Part shown: positions 32,433 through 43,796 of the stretch, piece after piece
How positions within the stretch are numbered: position 1 is the stretch's first letter
Layout: each line of letters begins with the position of its first letter
Source of the DNA: Sedimentisphaerales bacterium
GTDB taxonomy: Bacteria; Planctomycetota; Phycisphaerae; Sedimentisphaerales; Anaerobacaceae
Length of the DNA stretch: 64,000 bases
Direction: 5' to 3'
NCBI GenBank assembly: GCA_963708075.1
Contig: OY970194.1
Span: 1,152,001 to 1,216,000, forward strand
Made by a program: the position numbers and the translations under genes
The notes under the pieces: generated by a model
Databases searched by the model: none
Told to the model about the DNA's origin: nothing
The model's input: the letters and a program-made list of their open reading frames with translations, nothing else

Positions 32433-33230
32433 ATGGCCGCAAGACAGAGGCGATGGTTCACGGGTGTGATGGCTGGAGTGCTGATGCTGCCGGTCGCTTG
32501 CGCTCTTCTTTGGGCGGGCCCGCAGGCGGCTGATCCAGCCAGTGCGAGGCCGGACACCTACCTCTCCGGTGCAGTGACTGAGTTGACGCGCCAGTGGCCC
32601 GCGAATCGGACCGTCAACATCGTTTGTCACGGGCACAGCGTCCCGGCCGGATACTTCCGCACGCCGGTCGTGGACACGTTCAACGCCTATCCGCACCTGC
32701 TCCATCGCGGGCTCAAGGAGCGATTTCCGTATGCCGTGGTGAACGTCGTTGTCACCGCCATCGGCGGCGAAAACTCCGAAAGCGGGGCAACGCGGTTCGA
32801 GCGCGATATACTGTCCTTGCGGCCGGATGTGGTCACGATCGATTACGGCCTGAATGACCGCGGCATCGGCCTGACTCGCGCGGAGGCGGCGTGGCAGGCG
32901 ATGATTGCCCGGGCCCAGGCCGCCGGGGTCAGGGTGATTCTCCTGACGCCCACGCCGGACATGGGGGCAAAACTCGGCGACCCGAACGATTCCCTGAACC
33001 AGCACGCGCAACAGATCCGCACGCTCGCCCGCAAGAATGCCGTGGCTCTCATTGACAGCCTCGCCTGCTTCGAGAATCGCATCCGCCGCGGCCAGTCGCT
33101 CGACGCCCTCATGTCTCAGGGCAACCACCCTAATCGCAAGGGGCACGAGATCGTCGCCGCCGAGCTGCTCCGATGGTTCCCCACACCCCCTCCGGTCGCG
33201 GACTCGAACAGCGCCCCCAGTGACAGGTAG
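32433..33230 (+). CDS. SGNH/GDSL hydrolase family protein
   Basis: Block I CHGHSV, block II AIGGENS, block III DYGLND, block V NHPNRKGH. Confidence 0.88.
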   Translation: MAARQRRWFTGVMAGVLMLPVACALLWAGPQAADPASARPDTYLSGAVTELTRQWPANRTVNIVCHGHSVPAGYFRTPVVDTFNAYPHLLHRGLKERFPYAVVNVVVTAIGGENSESGATRFERDILSLRPDVVTIDYGLNDRGIGLTRAEAAWQAMIARAQAAGVRVILLTPTPDMGAKLGDPNDSLNQHAQQIRTLARKNAVALIDSLACFENRIRRGQSLDALMSQGNHPNRKGHEIVAAELLRWFPTPPPVADSNSAPSDR

Positions 33231-33363
33231 CTGAAAGTCCTTCGGGTGGCAGTGCCGAACTGCCACCCGATGGATCCACTGCTGTTCGTCCACCTTCCCG
33301 GATGAGCCGCCGTTCGCAGGCGACGCTTACAACACGAGTCGGACCTGATTGTTGCACTGACCG

Positions 33364-34047
33364 TTAGCGACGACGGCGGAAGGTTCGCATCGCCCCGAGG
33401 CCGCACATCACCAGCAAGGCGCTGGCAGGCGCCGGGATCACGCAGACCGGCGGGGGGACCTCGGTGTCGAACGTGAGGTCATCCCATGCGACCCCGGCGA
33501 CATCGCCTGTCCCCCCGAGGAGTTCCACCGAATGGATTCCGGCGACGGAAACCTGCAGCGTCGCGCCGTCCATATCGACGCCTGTCGCGGAGCCGATGAG
33601 ATTGCCGCTCAGACCATAGGCGTTGAGCGAGATGGGCTGCAGGCTCGCCCACAGGTCGGCCCGAACAGAGACGAAATTGACGGTACTCGGGCTGGAAGCA
33701 TCGCCGGGCTCGAAGAAGCTGATCACGACGGGATTGCTGCGATCGTACGTGAGGACACCCTCCGGCGTGGTTCCGGCGATCGTGTTCACCCCGCTGGTGG
33801 CGTGATCCGGGCCCATGTTCAAAACGCTGACGAAGGAGCTGCCGGACGTGAACAGGACGCCCGCCGTGTCCAGCAGTTGATCGTACAGTCTCGACTCCAC
33901 GGGGACCGGCGCCGGGTTCTCGAACGGCATCCCTGTGAACTGCTCGAAGTTGATGACCGTGGGCGCTGCGTTCAAGGGCTGTCCGCTGAGGATCGCCAGC
34001 GACAGCGCCATGAATAAACCGGATGTAGCGACTCTCGATATTCGCAT
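33364..34047 (-). CDS. PEP-CTERM-like (IPAP) surface protein
   Basis: Signal peptide; C-terminal IPAPASALLVMCGLGAMRTFRRRR. Confidence 0.85.
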   Translation of the reverse strand: MRISRVATSGLFMALSLAILSGQPLNAAPTVINFEQFTGMPFENPAPVPVESRLYDQLLDTAGVLFTSGSSFVSVLNMGPDHATSGVNTIAGTTPEGVLTYDRSNPVVISFFEPGDASSPSTVNFVSVRADLWASLQPISLNAYGLSGNLIGSATGVDMDGATLQVSVAGIHSVELLGGTGDVAGVAWDDLTFDTEVPPPVCVIPAPASALLVMCGLGAMRTFRRRR

Positions 34048-34709
34048 GTCTCTCTCCTTCCTTCTGTCCCTCGACAAACGAGGGAAACGTAGTTGCACCC
34101 TCTACGTGAACGGGCAAAGGCAGACCTCTGCCGTTCGCACCTGCGTGAGCATGGATCGTTGGTATGCTGTGATCCCGCGGCCGAGCCGCTTCGATCTACC
34201 GGTAGATACAGTTCGCACGGCCCCCGTGTGGCGGCCCTGCGTCGCGCGTTGGCTCAGTGGGTCGGTTTCGGTTCTCCCGCATCCGATCTCCTTCACGCAT
34301 CCTCACGATGGCAACAGAGCACCTCGGGCTCGCGGGATCGCAGAGAATGCCCGCTCTCGCAGGGCGGAGAACCCTGCAACAGCCATGGGCTTTTCGATCC
34401 CGCCCGGGTACTTTGTCCATACCGCGAATGGTACAACCGCTCACTCGCACGGGCTATCGGGGAAATGCGGAACTTGGGCCCGCCATACACTCGGTTAGCA
34501 CTAGGAGATGCACTACCTCCTAAGCATCTCGCTGCCGCCAATGCGCGGAGAAAGCGGACCCCGCGTCCAGTAATTCCCGCCCCGTTCTCGCTCCCGCATA
34601 ACAGCAGTCGTCGCTGTCTTGGCAAAGGATGGACATGGTGGACGGGATGGACGACGTGGACAGCCCGAAACTGCCATCGCGTCCACCTCCACTCCCACGC
34701 CCCGGAGCT

Positions 34710-35765
34710 TCATAAACCCCGGTCGAGGGTCGCCACGGCAGCCAGCGTTGCCTGTACCGTCATGGCGGCGTTCTTGACGTCGCACCTTTCCGGGACATCT
34801 CCCTCGGCGTGGTACTCCGGGTCGCCGTAAGGCCAGGAGCCGATATTGATGACCGCCGCCGGGTAGCCGGCCAGGACAAACGAGCCGTCGTCGTCGCCGG
34901 GCTGTGGCCTCTCCGCAGTCCGCTGCTCCAGACCGATGGAATATCGAGCGTTCACCTCGCCCATCAGCTCGGCAAGACGCTTGCCTTCGGGCCTGGTATA
35001 CGCGGTCACGTTGGTCTTTCTTCCGGCGGCCGTCTCTTCCGCCGTCTTGGCTCCAATACCGTCCAGGTTGAAGACGGCGATGATATTGTCTCCGCGCGCC
35101 TTGGCTTTTTGTGCGGCGGTCCTGCTCGTCCACGGCGTGTGCTCTTCGTTGCACCAGAGAAATCGGATCGTGCTCTCCGAGCGGTACTCCGCGAGGACGC
35201 GTGCCGTCTCCAATACGCCGGCGGTCCCAATGGCGTTGTCATGAGCCCCCGGGGAATCGATCCAGCTTGGCGAATCCTTGTGGGCGAGCACGACGATGAT
35301 CTTATCCGGATGCGAGCGGCCCTTTTTCTCGGCATAGAGATTGTACGCCGTGTACCAGGGATCTTCCGCCTTGGGAGGCGAGTACTGGGCATGCTTGGGT
35401 TTGCTCGTGTCCCGCCGAAACGCCTGCACCTGAACGCCCTCCCGCTCGACGCGATATCCCCACGACTCCAGCTTCCCGGCCAGGTAGTCGTCGGCCTCGT
35501 AGAGCGTGTTCTTCTCATGGCCGGGCAGGGTCAGATTCAGCTTGCGATAGGGCAGCGGGTCCTTCGCAAGGTAGAAGACGTGCTTCGATATCCGCTCGGG
35601 ATCGACCTCGCCGATAAGCCGGCGAACGCTCGCCTCCACATCGTTGCCGTCACTGTCTCCCCTCTGTGGCGTCGTCCCCACGGCCAGTCCGCCCGACCAC
35701 GCCCCGAAACCGAGGCACACACAGACCCCGCAAGCAGCCAGCACGCTCAGCATTCCGTATTTCAT
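34710..35765 (-). CDS. M28-family metallopeptidase
   Basis: AGGAGG RBS; LAHKDS, PGAHDNAIG, NEEH, FNLDGIG and YH..GD motifs. Confidence 0.88.
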   Translation of the reverse strand: MKYGMLSVLAACGVCVCLGFGAWSGGLAVGTTPQRGDSDGNDVEASVRRLIGEVDPERISKHVFYLAKDPLPYRKLNLTLPGHEKNTLYEADDYLAGKLESWGYRVEREGVQVQAFRRDTSKPKHAQYSPPKAEDPWYTAYNLYAEKKGRSHPDKIIVVLAHKDSPSWIDSPGAHDNAIGTAGVLETARVLAEYRSESTIRFLWCNEEHTPWTSRTAAQKAKARGDNIIAVFNLDGIGAKTAEETAAGRKTNVTAYTRPEGKRLAELMGEVNARYSIGLEQRTAERPQPGDDDGSFVLAGYPAAVINIGSWPYGDPEYHAEGDVPERCDVKNAAMTVQATLAAVATLDRGL

Positions 35766-35949
35766 GAGTCCTCCTTTCATATCTGTTCTGGTGCATCATT
35801 GTGGCCTGCCGCCGTCAAGCGTGTCAACAATGACTTAGGAGTGCCTGCGCAGGTCTTCAGGCACTGTTCCAGGTGGCAGCGGCAAGCGTAGGCGGCAAAG
35901 TGATCTACCATCGCGACGGAGCCAATTGACGCGGACGCAAGGCAAATGC

Positions 35950-36490
35950 AACCGCAGATGAACGCGGATGAAGGGCCGGGACGCGAAGGAAATGCAACCC
36001 CACGGTCTCGTAGGGGCGAATCATCATTCGCCCTCGCAGCTTCGACACAGATTCCACGGATTGACACGGATTTCAAACGGAGACCCGACAATTGCCAACT
36101 GATTATCCACCACGGAGACACAGAGGCCACGGAGTATGTAGGGTGGGTTCTCAACCCACGCGGATTCTCGACCGCGAAGCCTTGCCCTCGCGAAGGCGGG
36201 GGACGCGAACCACCGAAAGGACAATCTCGCGCGGAGACGCCGAGACGCAGAGATTCTGTAGGGTGTGCACGGCGCACCTTCATGTCTATCAACCGCGAAT
36301 TACGCGAACCACGCGAAAACTGCCTTATGCATGTCATTGCGAGCGAAGCGCGGCAATCTCCCTCTTTCAACTGGGAACCGGCGACTGACAACTGCTTTTC
36401 CATCCGCAGACACCGTCCCGAGCAAAGCCGAGGGATTACGCAGATTTCCGCAGATTCGATCATCAATCTGAAATCACAAATCAAAAATCG
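35950..36490. repeat. mosaic of nonamer/heptamer triplets and REP-like hairpins
   Basis: Examples: CACGGAGACACAGAGGCCACGGAG, CGCGAATTACGCGAACCACGCGAA, AATCTGAAATCACAAATCAAAAATC, GTCATTGCGAGCGAAGCGCGGCAATCTC, GTAGGG hairpins. Confidence 0.75.
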
Positions 36491-36818
36491 AGAGCCCCCT
36501 TGCCTTCCCCGCCTGAATATGTCAGAATACTCCCCAGCGATTGACTCCGTGGTGACACTACGAAAAACGAGAGTCCCGGCCCGACGTGGGCCGGAGCGTT
36601 GTGGCGAGGTCAAAGAGGCGCCGTGGCTATGAAGGCCTGAACGCGTGGGATAAGTGGGATAAGGATAGGCCACATGGGCGGATTCCCAGTCGGCAGCTTT
36701 TCGTCAGGAACGCCACGAAAGGGGACGAGTATGGACTACCGGGAGAGAGCATTTAGAGACAAGTTCGCAAGCGCAGGTAAGCATCTCGGTGTGCCTCCTG
36801 ATCAAGTCATCTCTCTTA

Positions 36819-37924
36819 TTGATCTTTGAATAGTTAAAGTAAATCGCCGTGACGGATCGATATCTTCATGCATGAGAACCCCAGGAAAACCCGAAGAGCT
36901 CGAATGTCACCGGCTTCAGGCCTTCGCGTTGCTCGAAGCCGGTCACGGTCCCAGCGAAGTGGCCCGGAGACTCGGCGTCTCGCCGGCGGCTGTATCCCGG
37001 TGGAAGAAGATTTCTCAGCAGGCGGGACGGGACGGCTTGAAGGCCAAGCCGCATCCCGGCCGCCGGCCCAAGTTGACGGTCCGGCAACGCCAGAAGCTGG
37101 AACGGTTGCTGTTAAAAGGTCCTCTCGCCCACGGATATATGACCGACCTGTGGACGCTGAAGCGGATCGCCGAAGTGATCGAGAGGCGTTTCGGCGTCCG
37201 CTACGACCCTTCCGGGGTCTGGCACGTGCTGCGTGGCATCGGCTGGAGTTGCCAGAAACCCGAAGGCCGGGCGCGCGAACGCGACGAAGAGGCCATTGCC
37301 CGTTGGCGTCAACAAGACTGGCCGCGTATAAAAAAAAGCTCGGCATAGCGGTCGAAACATCGTTTTTCTCGATGAAACCGGCTTTATGCTCCAGCCGGTG
37401 GTCCGCCGGACCTGGGGTCCCCATGGGGATACGCCGCTCCTGTACCGTTGGGAGCGTCACGACCGCCTCTCCGGAATGTCGGTGGTCACGGTCTCGCCGC
37501 AGCGTCGGCATCTGGACCTGTACTTCGCGCTCCAAGAGCACAACATCCGTACTCCCGACATTGAGAACCCTCGTGGCGGAACTTCTTGAACATTTTCCCC
37601 ACGGGATCATCCTGGTCCTGGATCGTTGGCCCGTTCATCTGTCCGCCGTGGAGCAACTCCGGCGTCGGTTCCCTCGTCGAGTACAAATCGAATGGCTGCC
37701 GTCCTACGCCCCGCAACTCAATCCTGATGAACAGGTCTGGACGCGGACGAAGTACATGGACTTGGCCAACTTCTGCCCGGAGAATCTCACTGACCTCACG
37801 CAGGCGGTGCGACATTCGCTGGAGCAGACAAAAACTCACCAGTCTCTCTTGCGTTCGTTCTTCAAGCATGCTGGGCTTAGACTGTGACATCGTGTCACTT
37901 TTACTTTAACTATTCAAAGATCAA
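36819..37924 (+). mobile_element. IS630-family insertion sequence, 1106 bp
   Basis: Perfect 25-bp terminal inverted repeats TTGATCTTTGAATAGTTAAAGTAAA (36819-43, 37900-24); TA duplication at 36817-18 and 37925-26. Confidence 0.93.
36872..37887 (+). CDS. IS630 transposase (HTH ORF plus DDE ORF joined at an A8 run; extra indel near 37569)
   Basis: HTH VARRLGVSPAAVSRW and WTLKRIAEVI; DDE motifs FLDETGF, LVLDRWPVH and WLPSYAPQLNPDEQVW; A run 37330-37337. Confidence 0.92.
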
Positions 37925-38518
37925 TAAGGTGCGTGATGTAGTCCCATCGTACGATGAGTACCGTGAGATGCTGCGAGTTCTGGAGCATGAGGCAGGCCTA
38001 CACTGGTCAGAGGTTGACGGCAGTCTGCAAGGCCGGGGCTATCTTGTGACCCAGAATGATCAGAAGGTGCTCGTAGTCGAACACGAGACAGGCCTCGAGA
38101 TTCTCTATATAGCTGGTTCCATCGCGTCGCTCATCAGCCTCGTTCCCGTTGTCCTCCAATGCTGGGGAGCCGTCAGAGGGTATCTCGACCATCGCCACGC
38201 TCGCCAATTCAGGAATGTTGAGATTCGCAGACTGGATGGTAATGGAAAGCTTCAGGAAGACCGTTTGACTGGTGTGACAGGTCCGTCGACCTTTCCTCTG
38301 AGTATCCTAAGCACGGCCTTATCATCGGCCGCTCGGGTTCTGGACGCAAATCTCAAGGCGCTAGGGGAGGAAGTCCGGTCGTTGAACAGGCGGCTTGCCA
38401 TTGTAGAGAAGAAGTTGAAGCCTGCCAAGAAGCGGACGACCAGAAGGAAATAACTGATGACTGTCACCGATTACTCGGCTTCTCCATGAGCGCTAGCCAT
38501 CTGGAGGCATAAACGACT

Positions 38519-39097
38519 ATGGAATGGAAGCAATTTATTGCCAGCTTGGTATCAAGCCTCGCATGGCCGGCAGCCGTTTTCCTAATTCTATTCGTGTTCC
38601 GAAGTGAGCTCACGAAAATCGTAGGGCGCCTTGCTCATTTCAAGTACAAAGACTTGGAACTGGAGTTCGAGAAGGTCAGACAGCAGGCAGAAGAGCTGCG
38701 TGAGGAATTACCTCCAGAAGAGCCGGCGTCAGAGAACCCGGTCGTCGCCTCGCTCGAAGACCAAATTCTGGACGCCGTGGAGCGCGCTCCGTCAGCCGCG
38801 ATTCTGCTTGCGTGGTCTGCACTGGAATCGACCATTGCATCAGCTGTGACGAGATTGGCCGTTTCACCTGAACCGCCATCCTACAGATCTCCAGTGCACA
38901 ACATTCAGATGCTAACCAAGCATGCTGGCTTGCCAAGTAGATACGCGCAGTTACTGGACGAAATGCGCATGCTCAGGAACAAAGTTGCGCACGATCCTCA
39001 TTCCATGTCATCAATTACACAAGAACAGGCGCACAATTACGCGAACGTCGGACGCGACATGATTCAGTATCTTGAACAGATGCAGCGCAAGGGCTAA
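38519..39097 (+). CDS. N-terminal TM protein with C-terminal HEPN-like (DUF4145-like) domain
   Basis: SLAWPAAVFLILFVF TM helix; AILLAWSALE helix; Rx4H motif in LRNKVAH. Confidence 0.7.
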   Translation: MEWKQFIASLVSSLAWPAAVFLILFVFRSELTKIVGRLAHFKYKDLELEFEKVRQQAEELREELPPEEPASENPVVASLEDQILDAVERAPSAAILLAWSALESTIASAVTRLAVSPEPPSYRSPVHNIQMLTKHAGLPSRYAQLLDEMRMLRNKVAHDPHSMSSITQEQAHNYANVGRDMIQYLEQMQRKG

Positions 39098-39258
39098 CCT
39101 CTTGGGTGATAACGCGGCCAGCCATCCGCTATGGGCAGAAGTGATCGGTCGCGACCACAAGGGAAACCGGCGACGGTCACCTATTATGGGGAGGCGAAAT
39201 AAGTGGTGGCCCCTAATAACCTATTGTGATTATTCGGTCGTGAAAAGGAGTTGGAGCA

Positions 39259-40818
39259 ATGACTCTGAATGCCACGTCGCTTAATTGGGCGATTGACTTT
39301 GTAGCTAATCACTCAGACAGCGACCTCTTTCCCAGACTCCCTGAGATTGAGGCAATCCAGTCTCTTAGAAATGAATTCATCCAGTTAATCGAGGGCAAAC
39401 CTCTATCCGAGTTCCCCATCGGTGCACATCGACGTTTTATTGTGCCAAAAGACGAGGTCTCTTACAGACAAGCCACGCAGCTTCACCCGCAGGACTCCAT
39501 CCTTCTCTCTGCCGTGATCCATCAGTTCGGTCGTGGAGTAGAGGATAGGCGCCTTCCTGCAGACCGGGTTTTCAGCTACCGCTTTTCGCCAAGTTCAGAG
39601 CACGGCTTATATGGACGTCAGATAGGCTGGAACGATTTCTGGATGGCAGCGCAAGCGCACAGCTACAAGTGTCGCAAAATTCTCTATTGTGATATTGCCG
39701 ACTTTTACAACCAGATTTACCACCATACAGTTGAGAATCAACTGACTGAGTCCAGCTTCCCAAACCAAGCCGTGAAATGGTTGATCAAGCTCCTTGAGTC
39801 CACAACTGCCGGCGTTTCACGGGGTATCCCAGTAGGCCCGTATGGCATGCACTTGATAGCCGAGGCCACACTCATCCCTATCGACAATAGCATGTCCTCA
39901 AGCGGTTTCAACTTCCTGCGTTACGCGGATGATATTCTGCTGTTTTGCGATTCGGATGAAGCATCGCGCCGAGCACTTTCGACGATTGCTTTGGTAATTG
40001 ATAAGCAGCAGAGGTTGACTCTTCAACGCCACAAGACGAGGTTCTTTACGCCTGACGAATTCCGAACGCTCTGCGACGAGATGGTTGAAGACCGCCCGAT
40101 AAGCCTCGAAGAAGATAGACTCCTGAAGCTCATTAGAAAGTACTCTGAAGACGACCCGTACAGGGTGGTTTCATACGAGCAGATTTCTAGTGAAGACTGG
40201 AAGAAGGTGACTGACGAGATTGTTCGCAGGATCATCCATGAGTACCTTGCCGAGGAGGAAGTCGACTATATCCGCCTACGTTGGTTCTATAGGCGACTAT
40301 CCCAAATCGGCCACCCAGGCGCGATCGATATCTCCCTTGATGAGCTTGAGAGACTTGGCCCATGTTTCGCTAACGTGTGTTGCTATTTCCGCTCAGTTCA
40401 GGGGATTGACCCTGAGCGGTGGAAAGAGATTGGAGCGCGTCTGTTGAAGCTCCTTGATTCGGATGAAGTGAGAGACAATGAGTTCTTCAGGCTCTCGATA
40501 CTCAGTCTGTTCTCCAGAAATGCATACATCAATCACTTCAACGTCTTGGCGTCCCGATTTCAGGCGAGTGACGCCTCCGCAAGAAGGGAAATATTCCTCG
40601 CTGCAAGGAAGAACAACGCCATTGACTGGGTGCGTGAACACAAAGAAGACTATGACAAGATGGACCCTTGGCAGCGAATGGCATTTATGTTCTGTTGTGC
40701 AGACCTGCCGGCCGACGAAAAGAGACATTACATTAGCCGCTGGAAACCCGGGTGTCCGTTTGACAGCGTGCTTACGAAGTGGGCGAAGGGGGTGGGCGGG
40801 AGCAGGGGCAACTCTTGA
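39259..40818 (+). CDS. reverse transcriptase, UG/Abi (defence-associated) type with helical C-terminal extension
   Basis: AAGGAG RBS; VPK..SYR, DIADFYNQIYHH, GIPVGP, FLRYADD and LTLQRHKT motifs; long, apparently helical tail. Confidence 0.9.
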   Translation: MTLNATSLNWAIDFVANHSDSDLFPRLPEIEAIQSLRNEFIQLIEGKPLSEFPIGAHRRFIVPKDEVSYRQATQLHPQDSILLSAVIHQFGRGVEDRRLPADRVFSYRFSPSSEHGLYGRQIGWNDFWMAAQAHSYKCRKILYCDIADFYNQIYHHTVENQLTESSFPNQAVKWLIKLLESTTAGVSRGIPVGPYGMHLIAEATLIPIDNSMSSSGFNFLRYADDILLFCDSDEASRRALSTIALVIDKQQRLTLQRHKTRFFTPDEFRTLCDEMVEDRPISLEEDRLLKLIRKYSEDDPYRVVSYEQISSEDWKKVTDEIVRRIIHEYLAEEEVDYIRLRWFYRRLSQIGHPGAIDISLDELERLGPCFANVCCYFRSVQGIDPERWKEIGARLLKLLDSDEVRDNEFFRLSILSLFSRNAYINHFNVLASRFQASDASARREIFLAARKNNAIDWVREHKEDYDKMDPWQRMAFMFCCADLPADEKRHYISRWKPGCPFDSVLTKWAKGVGGSRGNS

Positions 40819-40904
40819 CTCTTGGGGAACTAAAGGGGTCCGGTACATTCTCCGCATTGCCAGTCATAAGTATTGGTCCGGCAATAACTTAAAATTGGCG
40901 GGCT

Positions 40905-41475
40905 GATTGTGGAATTAGAAGCGAAGTGTGAAGTTTGGTGTTTGATTTTTGATGTTTGATGTGAAAACAGGCGGGACGGCAGGACGGCGAGATTGCGGAT
41001 TGAAGACGTGGTTGGTGGTTGAAAATCTGCGTAAATCGGCGAAATCTGCGGATGAGAAGGCAGTTGACAGTGCTCAGTTGGCAGTTCACAGTCAGAGGGG
41101 TCGGGGATCAGGGGTCGGTTTCAATTCGTGGAGTCTGTGTCGGATCATTTCCTCTGTGGCCTCGGTGTTCTCTGTGGCTAAGGTTCCTGGATTCCCGAGC
41201 GGGTCGGGAATGACATCGCGGCGGGAGGGGGGCGGTGTGCGGAATGGGAGAGAAAGGGCGAAGTTTGATGTTTGAAGTGTGAAGAAAGGCGGCGGCGAGA
41301 TTGCGGCATGGGGAGTGGCGGACGGCTTGGCACGCCGTGTGAAACAAAGCCAATTCCTTGCGGATTGGCGGCGAGGAGATGCGTTAATCACCGTTCATCG
41401 GCGTCTTATCTGCGCCTGACAACGAGTTGTCAGTTCCCAGTCTGAAATCCGTGTGAATCCGTGGAATCCGCGTCG
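40905..41475. repeat. mosaic of heptamer/nonamer repeats
   Basis: Reverse-complement versions of the motifs at 35950-36490, e.g. AATCTGCGTAAATCGGCGAAATCTGCGG and CTCTGTGGCCTCGGTGTTCTCTGTGG. Confidence 0.7.
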
Positions 41476-41807
41476 AATGGGCTTCAAGGAGGGTGAAAAA
41501 TGCGTTAAGTCGCGTTGCGGGGCGAACTTAGGACGGGTCTTGGCGTATATAATAGTGCGAGATGAGCGGCCAGCCGGGCTTCGGGGCCCGGCGGCAGGGG
41601 AGAGGGTGGTGCGGAGAGGGAGAAGATAAGGTAACAAGGGCAGAAGGGAAAGAAGGCCGGGTGAAAGCCCCGACCCTCTTTTTCCTTCTGCGCTGTGCCT
41701 TCTGTTTGGCATAGGAGCGAGGAAAGGGCCGGAAAATGGCCTTTTCGAGCATGTTTTCGTGGGTGGCGAAGGATCGGAAAAAATTTTCGATTTTTCGCAT
41801 TTCGCCC

Positions 41808-41835
41808 TTGACGAGGGTCGAATAGCGGTTAGAAT
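41808..41835 (+). promoter_or_regulatory. rRNA promoter
   Basis: TTGACG-16 nt-TAGAAT with an AT-rich upstream tract; boxA-like GATCTTTGACAA near 41915. Confidence 0.65.
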
Positions 41836-42084
41836 ACAGAACTCACGGTGAACATGCAGCGTATACAAAACGCTGGTTCACCGGTTTTGTTGGTGGACCA
41901 AACAAGTTCGCCAAAGATCTTTGACAAGTGAACAGTTGAGCCTTAATACGAGCAGCGAAAGTGCGTTCGTCGCAGCGGGCAACCGTTGCGGCGGTTTCCA
42001 AAACTGGATTCAGCACTTTCGGTGCAAACCAGAGAGTGTTGAGCCATTACGACGGATCCGTTTAATCGCGGGTCCGATGAATCA

Positions 42085-43621
<1,537 letters not shown>

Positions 43622-43717
43622 GGGATTACTAGAACCCGGACCTGCTTATTGGCAGGACCGTGAGTAGTCAGGCACGATCGCTGCTCTAAGGCTCACTGTC
43701 ACTTGTTTTGGATATCT

Positions 43718-43748
43718 AAGCCCGGTCTTCGGACCGGGCTTTCTTTTT
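43718..43748 (+). terminator. intrinsic terminator after 16S
   Basis: AAGCCCGGTC-TTCG-GACCGGGCTT followed by TCTTTTT. Confidence 0.9.
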
Positions 43749-43796
43749 GCGCACCTAGCCCCTGAACGGAAAATGAATGAAGAGCAGAGCCCCTTC

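Larger units (their letters stand above)
36731..38453 (+). pseudogene. hypothetical gene (204 aa reconstructed) interrupted by IS630
   Basis: Removing the IS and one TA joins MDYRERAFRDK...VISL in frame to KVRDVVPSYDEY...; central hydrophobic stretch and basic coiled-coil-like C-terminus. Confidence 0.85.

Noticed and set aside
34048..34500. Third copy of the PEP-CTERM leader before 33364-34047
   Set aside because: I could not find the conserved leader blocks there by eye.
35777..36673. ORFs across repeat mosaics (also 21280-22573, 40889-41868, 51899-52401)
   Set aside because: The translations are just the repeat motifs read out; there is no RBS or coding signal.
38451..39120. Integron attC sites after genes ending in TAAC
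   Set aside because: No matching GTTRRRY box with a convincing attC hairpin, and no integron integrase in the window.
39259..40818. RT as group II intron, retron or DGR enzyme
   Set aside because: No recognisable maturase domain or intron ends, no retron VTG motif after YADD, no DGR-type GNLTSQ motif, and no accessory gene or TR/VR pair seen.
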